This document shows, one piece after another, positions 53,432 through 61,739 of a DNA stretch of 64,000 nucleotides. Location of the stretch: assembly GCA_036742015.1 (NCBI GenBank), contig DAINRF010000005.1:35627-99626 (forward strand), read 5' to 3'. A model generated the notes under the pieces. It saw nothing but the letters and a program-made list of their open reading frames with translations, did no database searches and had not been told where the DNA came from. Positions within the stretch are counted from its first letter, which is position 1, and each line of letters begins with the position of its first letter. The stretch is from Mesorhizobium sp. (lineage in GTDB: Bacteria; Pseudomonadota; Alphaproteobacteria; Rhizobiales; Rhizobiaceae). The position numbers and the translations under genes are program-made.

Positions 53432-54631
53432 ATGTATCTGATCAACACAATGCCCGAACAAGGCCAGCCGCTCGATGAACGGGACCAGGCGGTGCTAAGC
53501 CTGGCGGGCGCCGATGACGCGGCGCGCATTCTGGCCTTGCGCGACAACAACGCGCCCACGCCGATGTTCGCCCTGCCCGGTCTGGCGCACGATCTTGGGC
53601 TCGGCTCGATCCACCTGAAAGACGAAGGCCAGCGGCTTGGCCTTGGCAGTTTCAAGGCGCTTGGCGGGGCTTACGCGCTGATGAAACTGGTGCAGGAAGA
53701 GGCGGAAAAACGGCTCGGCAGACCGGTTTCACCTGATGACCTCCTCTCGCCCGAAGTGCGGGCGATTGCCGGATCAATGACATTTGCCTGCGCGACCGAC
53801 GGCAACCATGGCCGCTCCGTCGCGCAAGGCGCACAGCTCATGGGCGCACATTCAGTCATCTTCGTTCATTCGGGCGTCAGCCAGGGCCGTATCGATGCCA
53901 TCGCCAGGTTCGGCGCGCAGATGGTGCGTGTGGACGGCAATTATGACGACTCGGTCGCAGAAGCCACACGTGTCGCCAGCGCAAACGGCTGGACTGTCCT
54001 GTCCGATACATCATGGCCCGGCTATGAGCGAATCCCGGGTCTGGTCATGCAGGGCTATACAACGATTGTGCGTGAGGCGCTGGCGCAGTTGCCCGAACCG
54101 CCGACGCATGTCTTCCTGCAAGCTGGCGTCGGCGGTTTTGCCGCTGCTGTCGCTGGCCATCTGGCGGTGCTGCTGGGCGACGAGCGCCCGCACGTCACCG
54201 TGGTCGATCCGGCACGCGCGCCGTGCATCGTTGCCAGCGCCGCCGCAGGACATGTCGTCAAGGTCGAGGAGACCGAGCCGACGGTCATGGCGATGCTGGA
54301 ATGTTACGAGCCATCGCTGGTTGCCTTTCGCGTGCTGGAGCGTGTCGCCGATGGATTCATGACAGTCGAGGACGATGACGCTGTTTCGATCATGCGCCGG
54401 CTGGCAAACCCGGTCGCGGGCGACCCGCCGGTTGTGGCGGGGGAAAGCGGCGGAGCCGGACTTGCCGGGGCGGTGGCCGTGCTGCGCGACGCCGAACTTG
54501 CGAAAAGCATCGGCTTAGGGCCGCAATCACGTCTGCTGGTCATCAACACCGAAGGCGCGACTGACCCGGCCGTCTATGAAAAGATCGTCGGACGTGCGCC
54601 CGGCCTCGTCGCCGCGGGAGAACGCGCATGA
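53432..54631 (+). CDS. dpaL: diaminopropionate ammonia-lyase (PLP-dependent)
   Basis: LGSFKALGGAYA (PLP-Lys), TFACATDGNHGRSVA, IPGLVMQGYTTI, FLQAGVGGFAAAV and AGESGGAGL align closely by eye with E. coli YgeX. ATG choice is among 53405, 53420 and 53432. Confidence 0.85.
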   Translation: MYLINTMPEQGQPLDERDQAVLSLAGADDAARILALRDNNAPTPMFALPGLAHDLGLGSIHLKDEGQRLGLGSFKALGGAYALMKLVQEEAEKRLGRPVSPDDLLSPEVRAIAGSMTFACATDGNHGRSVAQGAQLMGAHSVIFVHSGVSQGRIDAIARFGAQMVRVDGNYDDSVAEATRVASANGWTVLSDTSWPGYERIPGLVMQGYTTIVREALAQLPEPPTHVFLQAGVGGFAAAVAGHLAVLLGDERPHVTVVDPARAPCIVASAAAGHVVKVEETEPTVMAMLECYEPSLVAFRVLERVADGFMTVEDDDAVSIMRRLANPVAGDPPVVAGESGGAGLAGAVAVLRDAELAKSIGLGPQSRLLVINTEGATDPAVYEKIVGRAPGLVAAGERA

Positions 54632-55848
54632 CCGCCGCAATCGATGGCCCTCACCTGCTGTCGCGGCTGGCGGAACTTGGAGCGACCGGCCGCGACGAAG
54701 CCGGCCAACTGACGCGGCTTGCAGCGAGCGACGCCGACAGGGCCGGACGTGATCTCGTGTCCGGCTGGTTCCGGCAGGCAGGCCTGCGGATCGAAATCGA
54801 CGCGATCGGCAACATCTACGGCCTTTGGGTGCCAGAGGGCTCGACCGGCGATCCGGTGCTCATGGGCTCGCATATCGACACGGTCGTCAATGCCGGCATT
54901 TTTGACGGCTGCTATGGCGTGCTGGCGGGTCTGGCCGTGATTGAGGCAATGCAGGCTGCCGGCCTGCGCCCTGCCCGGCCGCTAGCCGTCGCCGCTTTCA
55001 CCAATGAGGAAGGCGTGCGCTATGCGCCCGACATGATGGGCAGCCTTGTTGCTGCGGGCGGACTTGACGTTGAGACGGCGCTCGCAACCATCGGCACGGA
55101 TGGCACGACGCTCGGCGCGGAGCTCGCGCGCATCGGCTACGCTGGCGACATGCTCCCCGGCTTTCTCAGGCCCTCGGCCTATATCGAATTGCACGTCGAA
55201 CAGGGTCCGATCCTCGAAGCTGAGGACGTTCGCATTGGCGCGGTCGAAAACCTGCAAGGCATTTCCTGGCAGAAGGTGACGATTGGCGGTGCTGCAAACC
55301 ATGCCGGCACGACACCAATGCCGATGCGGCAGGATGCCGGCGTTGCAGCGGCAAAAGTCATTGCTTTTCTTGACGACCTGGCCCGCGGAACCGATGGCGC
55401 AGTTGCTACTATTGGCGTGATGCGTTTTGAGCCGAACGCGATCAACGTCATCCCGTCCGCCGCATCGTTCACGGTCGACCTGCGCAATCCGGACGAGGAT
55501 CGGCTCAAGAGCCAGGAAGTGGCGCTTGATACTTACCTCGACGGCCTTCGCGCGCAGGGGTTTGCAGTCGCCACCGAGCGGCTTGCGCGGTTCGAGCCGG
55601 TGGTGTTTGCGCCAGAAATCGTCGGGGCAATCGAACATGCGGCGTCGCAGCGGCAACTGACCTGCCGCCGCATGACGTCGGGCGCGGGCCACGACGCCCA
55701 GATGATTGCGCGCATCGCGCCATCTGCAATGATCTTCGTGCCGTCAAGGGGCGGCATCAGCCATAATCCGGCAGAGTTTACTGCCTATGCTGATCTGATC
55801 GCCGGGGCAAACGTGTTGCTCGATGTCGCGAGGAAGCTGAGCCAATGA
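54628..55848 (+). CDS. M20-family Zn-dependent amidohydrolase (N-carbamoyl-amino-acid / allantoate amidohydrolase type)
   Basis: IDAIGNIYG, MGSHIDTV, FTNEEG and ELHVEQGPILE motifs of the hydantoinase/carbamoylase-family amidases. ATGA overlap with the upstream gene. Confidence 0.85.
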   Translation: MTAAIDGPHLLSRLAELGATGRDEAGQLTRLAASDADRAGRDLVSGWFRQAGLRIEIDAIGNIYGLWVPEGSTGDPVLMGSHIDTVVNAGIFDGCYGVLAGLAVIEAMQAAGLRPARPLAVAAFTNEEGVRYAPDMMGSLVAAGGLDVETALATIGTDGTTLGAELARIGYAGDMLPGFLRPSAYIELHVEQGPILEAEDVRIGAVENLQGISWQKVTIGGAANHAGTTPMPMRQDAGVAAAKVIAFLDDLARGTDGAVATIGVMRFEPNAINVIPSAASFTVDLRNPDEDRLKSQEVALDTYLDGLRAQGFAVATERLARFEPVVFAPEIVGAIEHAASQRQLTCRRMTSGAGHDAQMIARIAPSAMIFVPSRGGISHNPAEFTAYADLIAGANVLLDVARKLSQ

Positions 55849-57008
55849 GTGACTTGTCCGGGCTGCAATCTGACATGACGGCGTGGCGGCGCGACCTGCA
55901 CCGCCACCCGGAGTTCGGTTTCGAGGAAAGCCGGACTGCGGCATTCGTGGCTTCTGAACTGCACCGTCTCGGGCTTGATGTCGCGGAGGGCGTTGGCGGC
56001 ACCGGCGTCGTCGGCACCTTGAAGGCGGGCTCATCAAACCGGGCAATTGCACTGCGGGCCGATATGGACGCGCTGCGCATCACAGAGACCGGCAACCCGC
56101 CCTGGACATCGGCCAATCCGGGCGTCATGCACGCATGCGGCCATGACGGCCACACCGCAATGCTGCTGGGCGCTGCGCGTCTGCTTGCCGAAGACGGTGG
56201 TTTCGACGGAACCGTGCGGTTCATTTTCCAGCCTGCGGAGGAATGGGGCAAGGGCGCGCTCGCCATGCTGGACGACGGGCTGATGGCGCGGTTTCCCTTC
56301 GATGAGATTTTTGGGCTGCACAATCTGCCCGGCCTGCCGGTCGGCCATCTGGAGACACGTAGCGGGCCGATCATGTCGGCGGAAGACAATTTCGAGATCA
56401 TCCTGCGTGGCCTGGGCGGGCATGCGGCGCGGCCCCACCACACACGCGAAGTGATGACACCCGCGTGTTCGCTGGTGGTGGCGTTGCAGGCAATCGTAGC
56501 CCGGCGGGTCGACCCGGCTGACATTGCAGTCGTGTCGGTCACCGAACTGCTGACCGATGGCACGCGCAACGCCCTGCCCGGTCTGGCGCGGGTGTTGGGC
56601 GATGCGCGCAGTTTCCGCCCGGACGTATCACGATTGATCGAGGCCGAGATGCGCCGTATCGCAGCCGGCATTGCCGCGCTGAACAATATCGAAGCCGAAG
56701 TGCTCTATTCGCGCGAGTTCACGCCGTTGATCAACGACGCAGCGCTTGCAGCCGAAATGCTCGCTGCCGCCGAGCCGGTGTCCCGCCAAGTGGCGGAGGC
56801 TGCCGGCCCCATGACAGCGTCAGAAGACTTCGCGCGCTTTCTCGATCACGCACCGGGCTGTTTTGCCTTTATCGGCAATGGCGAAGCGTCTGCGCCGCTT
56901 CACAACCCGGCCTATGATTTCAACGACGCGGCGCTCCTGCACGGCGCGCAGGTTCATGCGGCAATCACCCGCCGACGCCTGCCGCTTCCCACTCACGCCA
57001 AAGGCTAA
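55845..57008 (+). CDS. M20-family amidohydrolase (hippurate hydrolase / N-acyl-L-amino-acid amidohydrolase type)
   Basis: WRRDLHRHPEFGFEE, HACGHDGH, FQPAEE and LHNPAYDFND motifs. ATGA overlap with the upstream gene. Confidence 0.85.
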   Translation: MSDLSGLQSDMTAWRRDLHRHPEFGFEESRTAAFVASELHRLGLDVAEGVGGTGVVGTLKAGSSNRAIALRADMDALRITETGNPPWTSANPGVMHACGHDGHTAMLLGAARLLAEDGGFDGTVRFIFQPAEEWGKGALAMLDDGLMARFPFDEIFGLHNLPGLPVGHLETRSGPIMSAEDNFEIILRGLGGHAARPHHTREVMTPACSLVVALQAIVARRVDPADIAVVSVTELLTDGTRNALPGLARVLGDARSFRPDVSRLIEAEMRRIAAGIAALNNIEAEVLYSREFTPLINDAALAAEMLAAAEPVSRQVAEAAGPMTASEDFARFLDHAPGCFAFIGNGEASAPLHNPAYDFNDAALLHGAQVHAAITRRRLPLPTHAKG

Positions 57009-59065
57009 AGATCCTTAGCCAGACGCAGCGCGTCATAGATCGCAGCATGGGTGTTGCGCGCCGATACCGCATCGCCGATGCGGAACAGCTGATAGGTCCC
57101 ATCCGGGTTGCGATCGACGGACTGCGGAGCGCCACTGATCAGCTCTTCATAGTCGACAACGCCAAGGTTTTTCGACCCTTGTTTCAGCTCAAAATAGAGG
57201 TCGTCCAGCGGGAGCGTGCCATCGTTGACCACGACCTGATCGACGATGCGTTCCTTGGCCACGCCGCCATAATCACTGCCGATATGGGCAACAAGCCGAT
57301 TGTCGCGCTTCTCGACCGACAGCAACCGATAGGTGACGGTGAAAGTCGCGTCGAGTTTTTGCAGCGCCCGCATATAGGGCACCAGGTTCATGCCCATGAC
57401 TTCGGGCGAAAACGACCGGTCAGGCGTCATGATCTCGACCGCGCCGCCCGCATTGGCGATGAATTCTGCGGCTTGCAGCGCCGCATGATCGCCCGCATCG
57501 TCATAGATCAGCACATTTGCGCCGGGCTTCACATCGCCGGAAATAATATCCCAGGCCGAGACGACCAGTTCGTTGCCATGCGTCAGGATTTCCGTGTGCG
57601 GCAAGCCGCCGGTGGCGACGATGACCACGTCGGGGTTCTCGGCCTTGACCGTGTCAGCCTCCGCCCATGTGTTGAAGCGAAAATCAACGCCGAGCCGCTC
57701 GCATTGCGCCATGCGCCAGTCGATGATCGAGATCATTTCGCGCCGCCTTGGGCTTTGCCCCGTCAGCCGGATCTGACCGCCCGGTTTGTCAGCCGCCTCG
57801 AACACAACCACGTCATGACCGCGCTCGGCCGAAACCCGCGCCGCTTCCATGCCGCCCGGGCCAGCGCCAACGATGACGATCTTCCTGCGCGTTGCGGCTT
57901 TGGCGATCAAGTGCGGCATGGTCTGCTCGCGGCCGGTCGCGGGATTGTGGATGCAATAGGCAGAGCCGCCCTGATAGATGCGGTCGAGGCAATAATTTGC
58001 ACCGACACAGGGTCGGATATCGTCTTCCCGCTTTTCGATGATCTTTCGAACCAGATGCGGGTCGGCCAGGTGGGCGCGGGTCATGCCGACCATATCAACC
58101 TTGCCCGCGGAAATCGCATGGCGGGCGGTCGCGACATCGGGAATCTTGGCCGCATGGAAAGTCGGAAACCCGGTCGCTGCGCGGATTTCGCCGGCAAAAT
58201 CCAGATGTGGAGAGTTGGCCATGCCCTGCACCGGGATCATGTCGGTCAGGCCAGCGTCGGTGGCGACATAGCCGCGGGTCACATTGAGGTAGTCGACAAG
58301 ACCGCTGTCTTTCAGCAGGCGTGAGAACTCCAGCCCGTCTTCTCTCGAAATGCCGCCGTCGGTCATTTCGTCGGCAACGAAGCGCAGCCCCAGAATGAAG
58401 TTGTCTCCGACGCGCTGCCTGACCGCCCGCAAAACGTCCAGGCTCAGCCGCAGCCTGTTTTCCGCAGAGCCGCTGTAGCGATCATCGAGTTCATTGTGCA
58501 GCGGCGACATGAACTGGTCGAGCAAATGGCCGGTCGCCGCGATCTCGACGCCGTCCATGCCGCCAGCCTTCATCCGCTCGGCGGCATCGGCAAAGTCCTT
58601 GATGATACGTTCGATGTCCCAGTCTTCGATCAATTTCGGCGACGCCCTGTGCGCCGGTTCGCGCCGGTGTGTCGGCGCGACCGTCGGCAGCCAGTCGCCC
58701 TTGTCCCAGCGTGTGCGGCGGCCAAGATGCGTCAGCTGGATCATGATCGCCGCGCCCTCTTCATGCACGGCATCCGTCAATTCGCGTACCCAGGGCACGA
58801 TCTCGTCCTTGTAGGCGAGAATATTGTTGAACGCTGGCGGACTGTCCTTGGCGACCGCAGCAGACCCCGCCGTCATCGTCATCGCAATGCCGCCCTTTGC
58901 GCGCTCTACCGTATAGGCACGATAGCGGCCCTTCGGCATGCCGTCTTCGGGATAGGCGGGTTCGTGCGACGTGACGATGATGCGGTTGCGCAACGTCAGG
59001 TGTTTCAGCTTGAACGGTTGCAGCAAGGGGTCGTTCGACACGCGCGGCTCCGGTAGAAGTTGCAT
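57005..59065 (-). CDS. two-domain NADH:flavin oxidoreductase (OYE-like FMN barrel + FAD/NAD(P)-binding domain; DgcA/StcD/N-methylproline-demethylase-like)
   Basis: LRNRIIVTSHE N-terminal OYE pattern, Cys cluster RPCVGANYCLDRIYQGGSAYCIHN, VIVGAGPGGMEAA dinucleotide fold; 686 aa. Confidence 0.85.
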   Translation of the reverse strand: MQLLPEPRVSNDPLLQPFKLKHLTLRNRIIVTSHEPAYPEDGMPKGRYRAYTVERAKGGIAMTMTAGSAAVAKDSPPAFNNILAYKDEIVPWVRELTDAVHEEGAAIMIQLTHLGRRTRWDKGDWLPTVAPTHRREPAHRASPKLIEDWDIERIIKDFADAAERMKAGGMDGVEIAATGHLLDQFMSPLHNELDDRYSGSAENRLRLSLDVLRAVRQRVGDNFILGLRFVADEMTDGGISREDGLEFSRLLKDSGLVDYLNVTRGYVATDAGLTDMIPVQGMANSPHLDFAGEIRAATGFPTFHAAKIPDVATARHAISAGKVDMVGMTRAHLADPHLVRKIIEKREDDIRPCVGANYCLDRIYQGGSAYCIHNPATGREQTMPHLIAKAATRRKIVIVGAGPGGMEAARVSAERGHDVVVFEAADKPGGQIRLTGQSPRRREMISIIDWRMAQCERLGVDFRFNTWAEADTVKAENPDVVIVATGGLPHTEILTHGNELVVSAWDIISGDVKPGANVLIYDDAGDHAALQAAEFIANAGGAVEIMTPDRSFSPEVMGMNLVPYMRALQKLDATFTVTYRLLSVEKRDNRLVAHIGSDYGGVAKERIVDQVVVNDGTLPLDDLYFELKQGSKNLGVVDYEELISGAPQSVDRNPDGTYQLFRIGDAVSARNTHAAIYDALRLAKDL

Positions 59066-59095
59066 CCAAGAGTGCTTCGAGAGCGTGGTCCTTCG

Positions 59096-60655
59096 TCAGC
59101 TCACCATGTCCGGCAGTGTGCGCTCGCGCCGCGCAATGAAATCGTCAAGCGCTTCGGCGACATCTGCGGGCAGCTTCGGTTCTTCGTAGTTCTCCAGCAT
59201 CTGGCGCGCCTTGTCGCGGCCGCGCGCGTCATGGTCCTTCGCGCCCTCGGCATTCCACTGTTCGAATGAATTGAAATCCATCACCGATGGCATGAAGAAG
59301 GCGCTCTCAAAATGATCGAGCGTATGCTGGGTGCCAAGGAAATGCCCCTGCGGCCCGACCTCGCGGATTGCCGCCATCGCATCCTTGAAATCCTCGAACG
59401 GCATGCCGCCGGCATATTTGTACCAGCCGACAAGCTGCTCGCAGTCGGTTGCAAATTTCGAATAGCCGCAGGCCAGCCCCGCTTCCAGCCAGCCGGCCGA
59501 GTGCCAGATGTAATTGGCGCCAGCGAGGATCGCAGCGTGCATCAGCATGTTGGACTCGTAACCTGCCTGGGCGTCATTCAGCTTCGAGCCGACATGGAAG
59601 CCGGACGTGCGCCAGGGCAGCCCGTATTTGCGCGCCAGCGCACCCATCAGATACATCATCTGCGCCGCTTCCGGCGTGCCGCCCATGGGCGCGCCAGTCT
59701 TCATGTCGACTGTCACCATGAACTGGCCATAGATCTGCGGCGAACCGGGACGCAGCAATTGCGTGAACGCGACGCCGGCCAGCGCCTCGGCATTCACCTG
59801 CGCCACCGCGCCAACGGCAGACGCCGGCGTCGACGCGCCACACAGCGCAAACGGCGCCAGGATCAAAGGCTGGTTGGAGCGGGCATAGACCTTCATCGCG
59901 TCCAGCATGGTGGCGTCCCACACCAGCGGCGAATTGCAATTGGTGATCGACACCAGCACCGGATTGTCGCGCACATAGTCTTCGCCAAAGACAATACCCG
60001 CCATCGCCATCGTGTCTTCGGCGCGATCCCTCGACGTCACAATGCCCATGAACGGCTTGTCGGAATGCTTTAGCGCCGAGCGGATGATGTGCAGATGACG
60101 CTTCGGCACCGCTATCTCCATCGGCTCGCAGATGATCGAGCTGGTCGAATGAAGCGCTGGCGACATGTAGGCCATCTTGTGGAAGTTCTGGAGATCCTCC
60201 AGCGTGCCGTAGCGGCGCTTGTTTTCGAGGTCGCGCACATAGGGTGCGCCATACATCGGGATGAAGATCGAGTTCTTGCCGCCGACGCGAACCGTGCGCT
60301 CCGGATTGCGGGCGTTGAGCGTGAACTCGGACGGAACCTTCGAGATCAGTTCCATCAAGAGAGCGCGGTCGATGCGGACGCGCGTGTCTTTCACGTCCGC
60401 ACCGGCCTTTTTCCAGATATCGATCGCCTCGTCGTCGCGGAATTCGCAGCCGACCTCTTCGAGGATGGCCATCGATTCCTGATGGATCAGCTCCACCGCC
60501 TCATCCGGCACGATGTTGTAGACCGGGATATTGCGCACCAGCGCCGGGAATGACGCCTGGACGGCGCTGCGCATCGCCTTGCGCCCTAATCGCCCGCCGC
60601 CGCGCTTGTGTGCGCCCGGCAATTGGTCAGCAGAAATGGGTTCGGCAGCGCTCAT
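59096..60655 (-). CDS. MttB-superfamily (trimethylamine methyltransferase family) protein, non-pyrrolysine type
   Basis: The 519-aa protein matches the MttB family pattern throughout (e.g. ILEEVGCEFRDDEAIDIWKKAGADV, NCNSPLVWD, GANYIWHSAGWLEAGL). The frame is continuous with no internal amber codon. Confidence 0.85.
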   Translation of the reverse strand: MSAAEPISADQLPGAHKRGGGRLGRKAMRSAVQASFPALVRNIPVYNIVPDEAVELIHQESMAILEEVGCEFRDDEAIDIWKKAGADVKDTRVRIDRALLMELISKVPSEFTLNARNPERTVRVGGKNSIFIPMYGAPYVRDLENKRRYGTLEDLQNFHKMAYMSPALHSTSSIICEPMEIAVPKRHLHIIRSALKHSDKPFMGIVTSRDRAEDTMAMAGIVFGEDYVRDNPVLVSITNCNSPLVWDATMLDAMKVYARSNQPLILAPFALCGASTPASAVGAVAQVNAEALAGVAFTQLLRPGSPQIYGQFMVTVDMKTGAPMGGTPEAAQMMYLMGALARKYGLPWRTSGFHVGSKLNDAQAGYESNMLMHAAILAGANYIWHSAGWLEAGLACGYSKFATDCEQLVGWYKYAGGMPFEDFKDAMAAIREVGPQGHFLGTQHTLDHFESAFFMPSVMDFNSFEQWNAEGAKDHDARGRDKARQMLENYEEPKLPADVAEALDDFIARRERTLPDMVS

Positions 60656-60727
60656 GTCATCGGACTCCGTTGCCGGCAGGAAATCGCGCCAAAAGGCTCA
60701 AGGCAAGCGAATAAGCCGCCGCATTCG

Positions 60728-60739
60728 GTTGAGCTCAAC
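60728..60739. promoter_or_regulatory. perfect 12-nt palindrome GTTGAGCTCAAC between the LysR stop and the mttB-like start
   Basis: Read directly. GTTGAG recurs at 60746 just inside the LysR 3' end. It lies about 75-85 nt upstream of the ATG at 60655. Confidence 0.35.
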
Positions 60740-61636
60740 TCAATCGTTGAGGGTCACCAGCCAGTCCCGCAAAGTTGCCGCCTGCCGGGTCAGCGGGCGC
60801 TGCGCGCTCCATGTCACATAGTAGGAAAAGGCTGCATGTATCCGCGCATCGGTAACAGGAACCAGTTCGCCAGATGCGATCAAGGGCGCAACCTGGTTTG
60901 ACCAGCCCAGCGCGATCCCCTGCCCGCTGCGCGCCGCCTGCACGGCAATGACATAAGAGTTGAAGCGGCGGATGTTCAGGGCACGCCCGCGGTGGCCGAT
61001 CTCACGCATGAAGTCAGGCCATGTCGTCCAGTCCCAGTCTATGCCCTCGACCGACAGCAATTGCGCCTGCGCCAGATCGTCCAACCCACGAATGCTATGC
61101 TCTTTCACGAAGGCAGGGCTGGCGACCGGAAAAATCTCGTCATCATAGAGCTTGGCTGCGTGCTCGTCTGGCCAGTCGCCATTGCCATAACGCAGCCGCA
61201 GGTCGATGTCCGGCCGGTTCAGGCCGTGTGGATTATCGGAGATCACGTGATCGACGACGATATCCTGATGGTTCGCCCAGAACGCGTCCATGCGCGGCAT
61301 CAGCCAGAAGTGCGCCATCGCCATGGTGCAACCGAGCGTCACGCCAGACGGTCCGCCGGATGCCTTGACCTGCCGGAAGGTCGACGAAATCCGGTCAAAC
61401 CCGTCGCGCAGCGACGCTGCAAGGGTCTCGCCTTCTCGCGTGAGATCAAGCGCCCGGTGGCGACGCACGAACAGCGGCGACCCGATCTCGTCTTCGAGCA
61501 GCCGCACCTGTTTCGAGATCGCGCCGGCAGTAACGTTCAATTCCTCAGCCGCCTTGGTCAGGCTCAGATGGCGCGCGGCCGCCTCGAATGCGGCGAGCGC
61601 ATTCAGTGAAGGGAGATTGTAAAAGCGGCGCACCAT
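60740..61636 (-). CDS. LysR family transcriptional regulator (GcvA-like)
   Basis: LPSLNALAAFEAAARHLSLTKAAEELNVTAGAISKQVRLLEDEIG HTH typical of the GcvA subgroup; 298 aa. Confidence 0.9.
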   Translation of the reverse strand: MVRRFYNLPSLNALAAFEAAARHLSLTKAAEELNVTAGAISKQVRLLEDEIGSPLFVRRHRALDLTREGETLAASLRDGFDRISSTFRQVKASGGPSGVTLGCTMAMAHFWLMPRMDAFWANHQDIVVDHVISDNPHGLNRPDIDLRLRYGNGDWPDEHAAKLYDDEIFPVASPAFVKEHSIRGLDDLAQAQLLSVEGIDWDWTTWPDFMREIGHRGRALNIRRFNSYVIAVQAARSGQGIALGWSNQVAPLIASGELVPVTDARIHAAFSYYVTWSAQRPLTRQAATLRDWLVTLND

Positions 61637-61739
61637 GATCAGGGCCTATTGTGTGCGACGAAGGCACCAATCTTGTCCAGCGCCGTTGCAGTCGAACAAG
61701 CCCAGCCAATTCAATTCAGGCAGGTGAAAGCCTGACCAG

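Noticed and set aside
57047-58324. 425-aa plus-strand ORF antisense to the flavoprotein gene
   Set aside because: Same artefact class. The composition is dominated by R, D, H, A and G, there is no family signature, and the opposite strand encodes a clear OYE/FAD protein.
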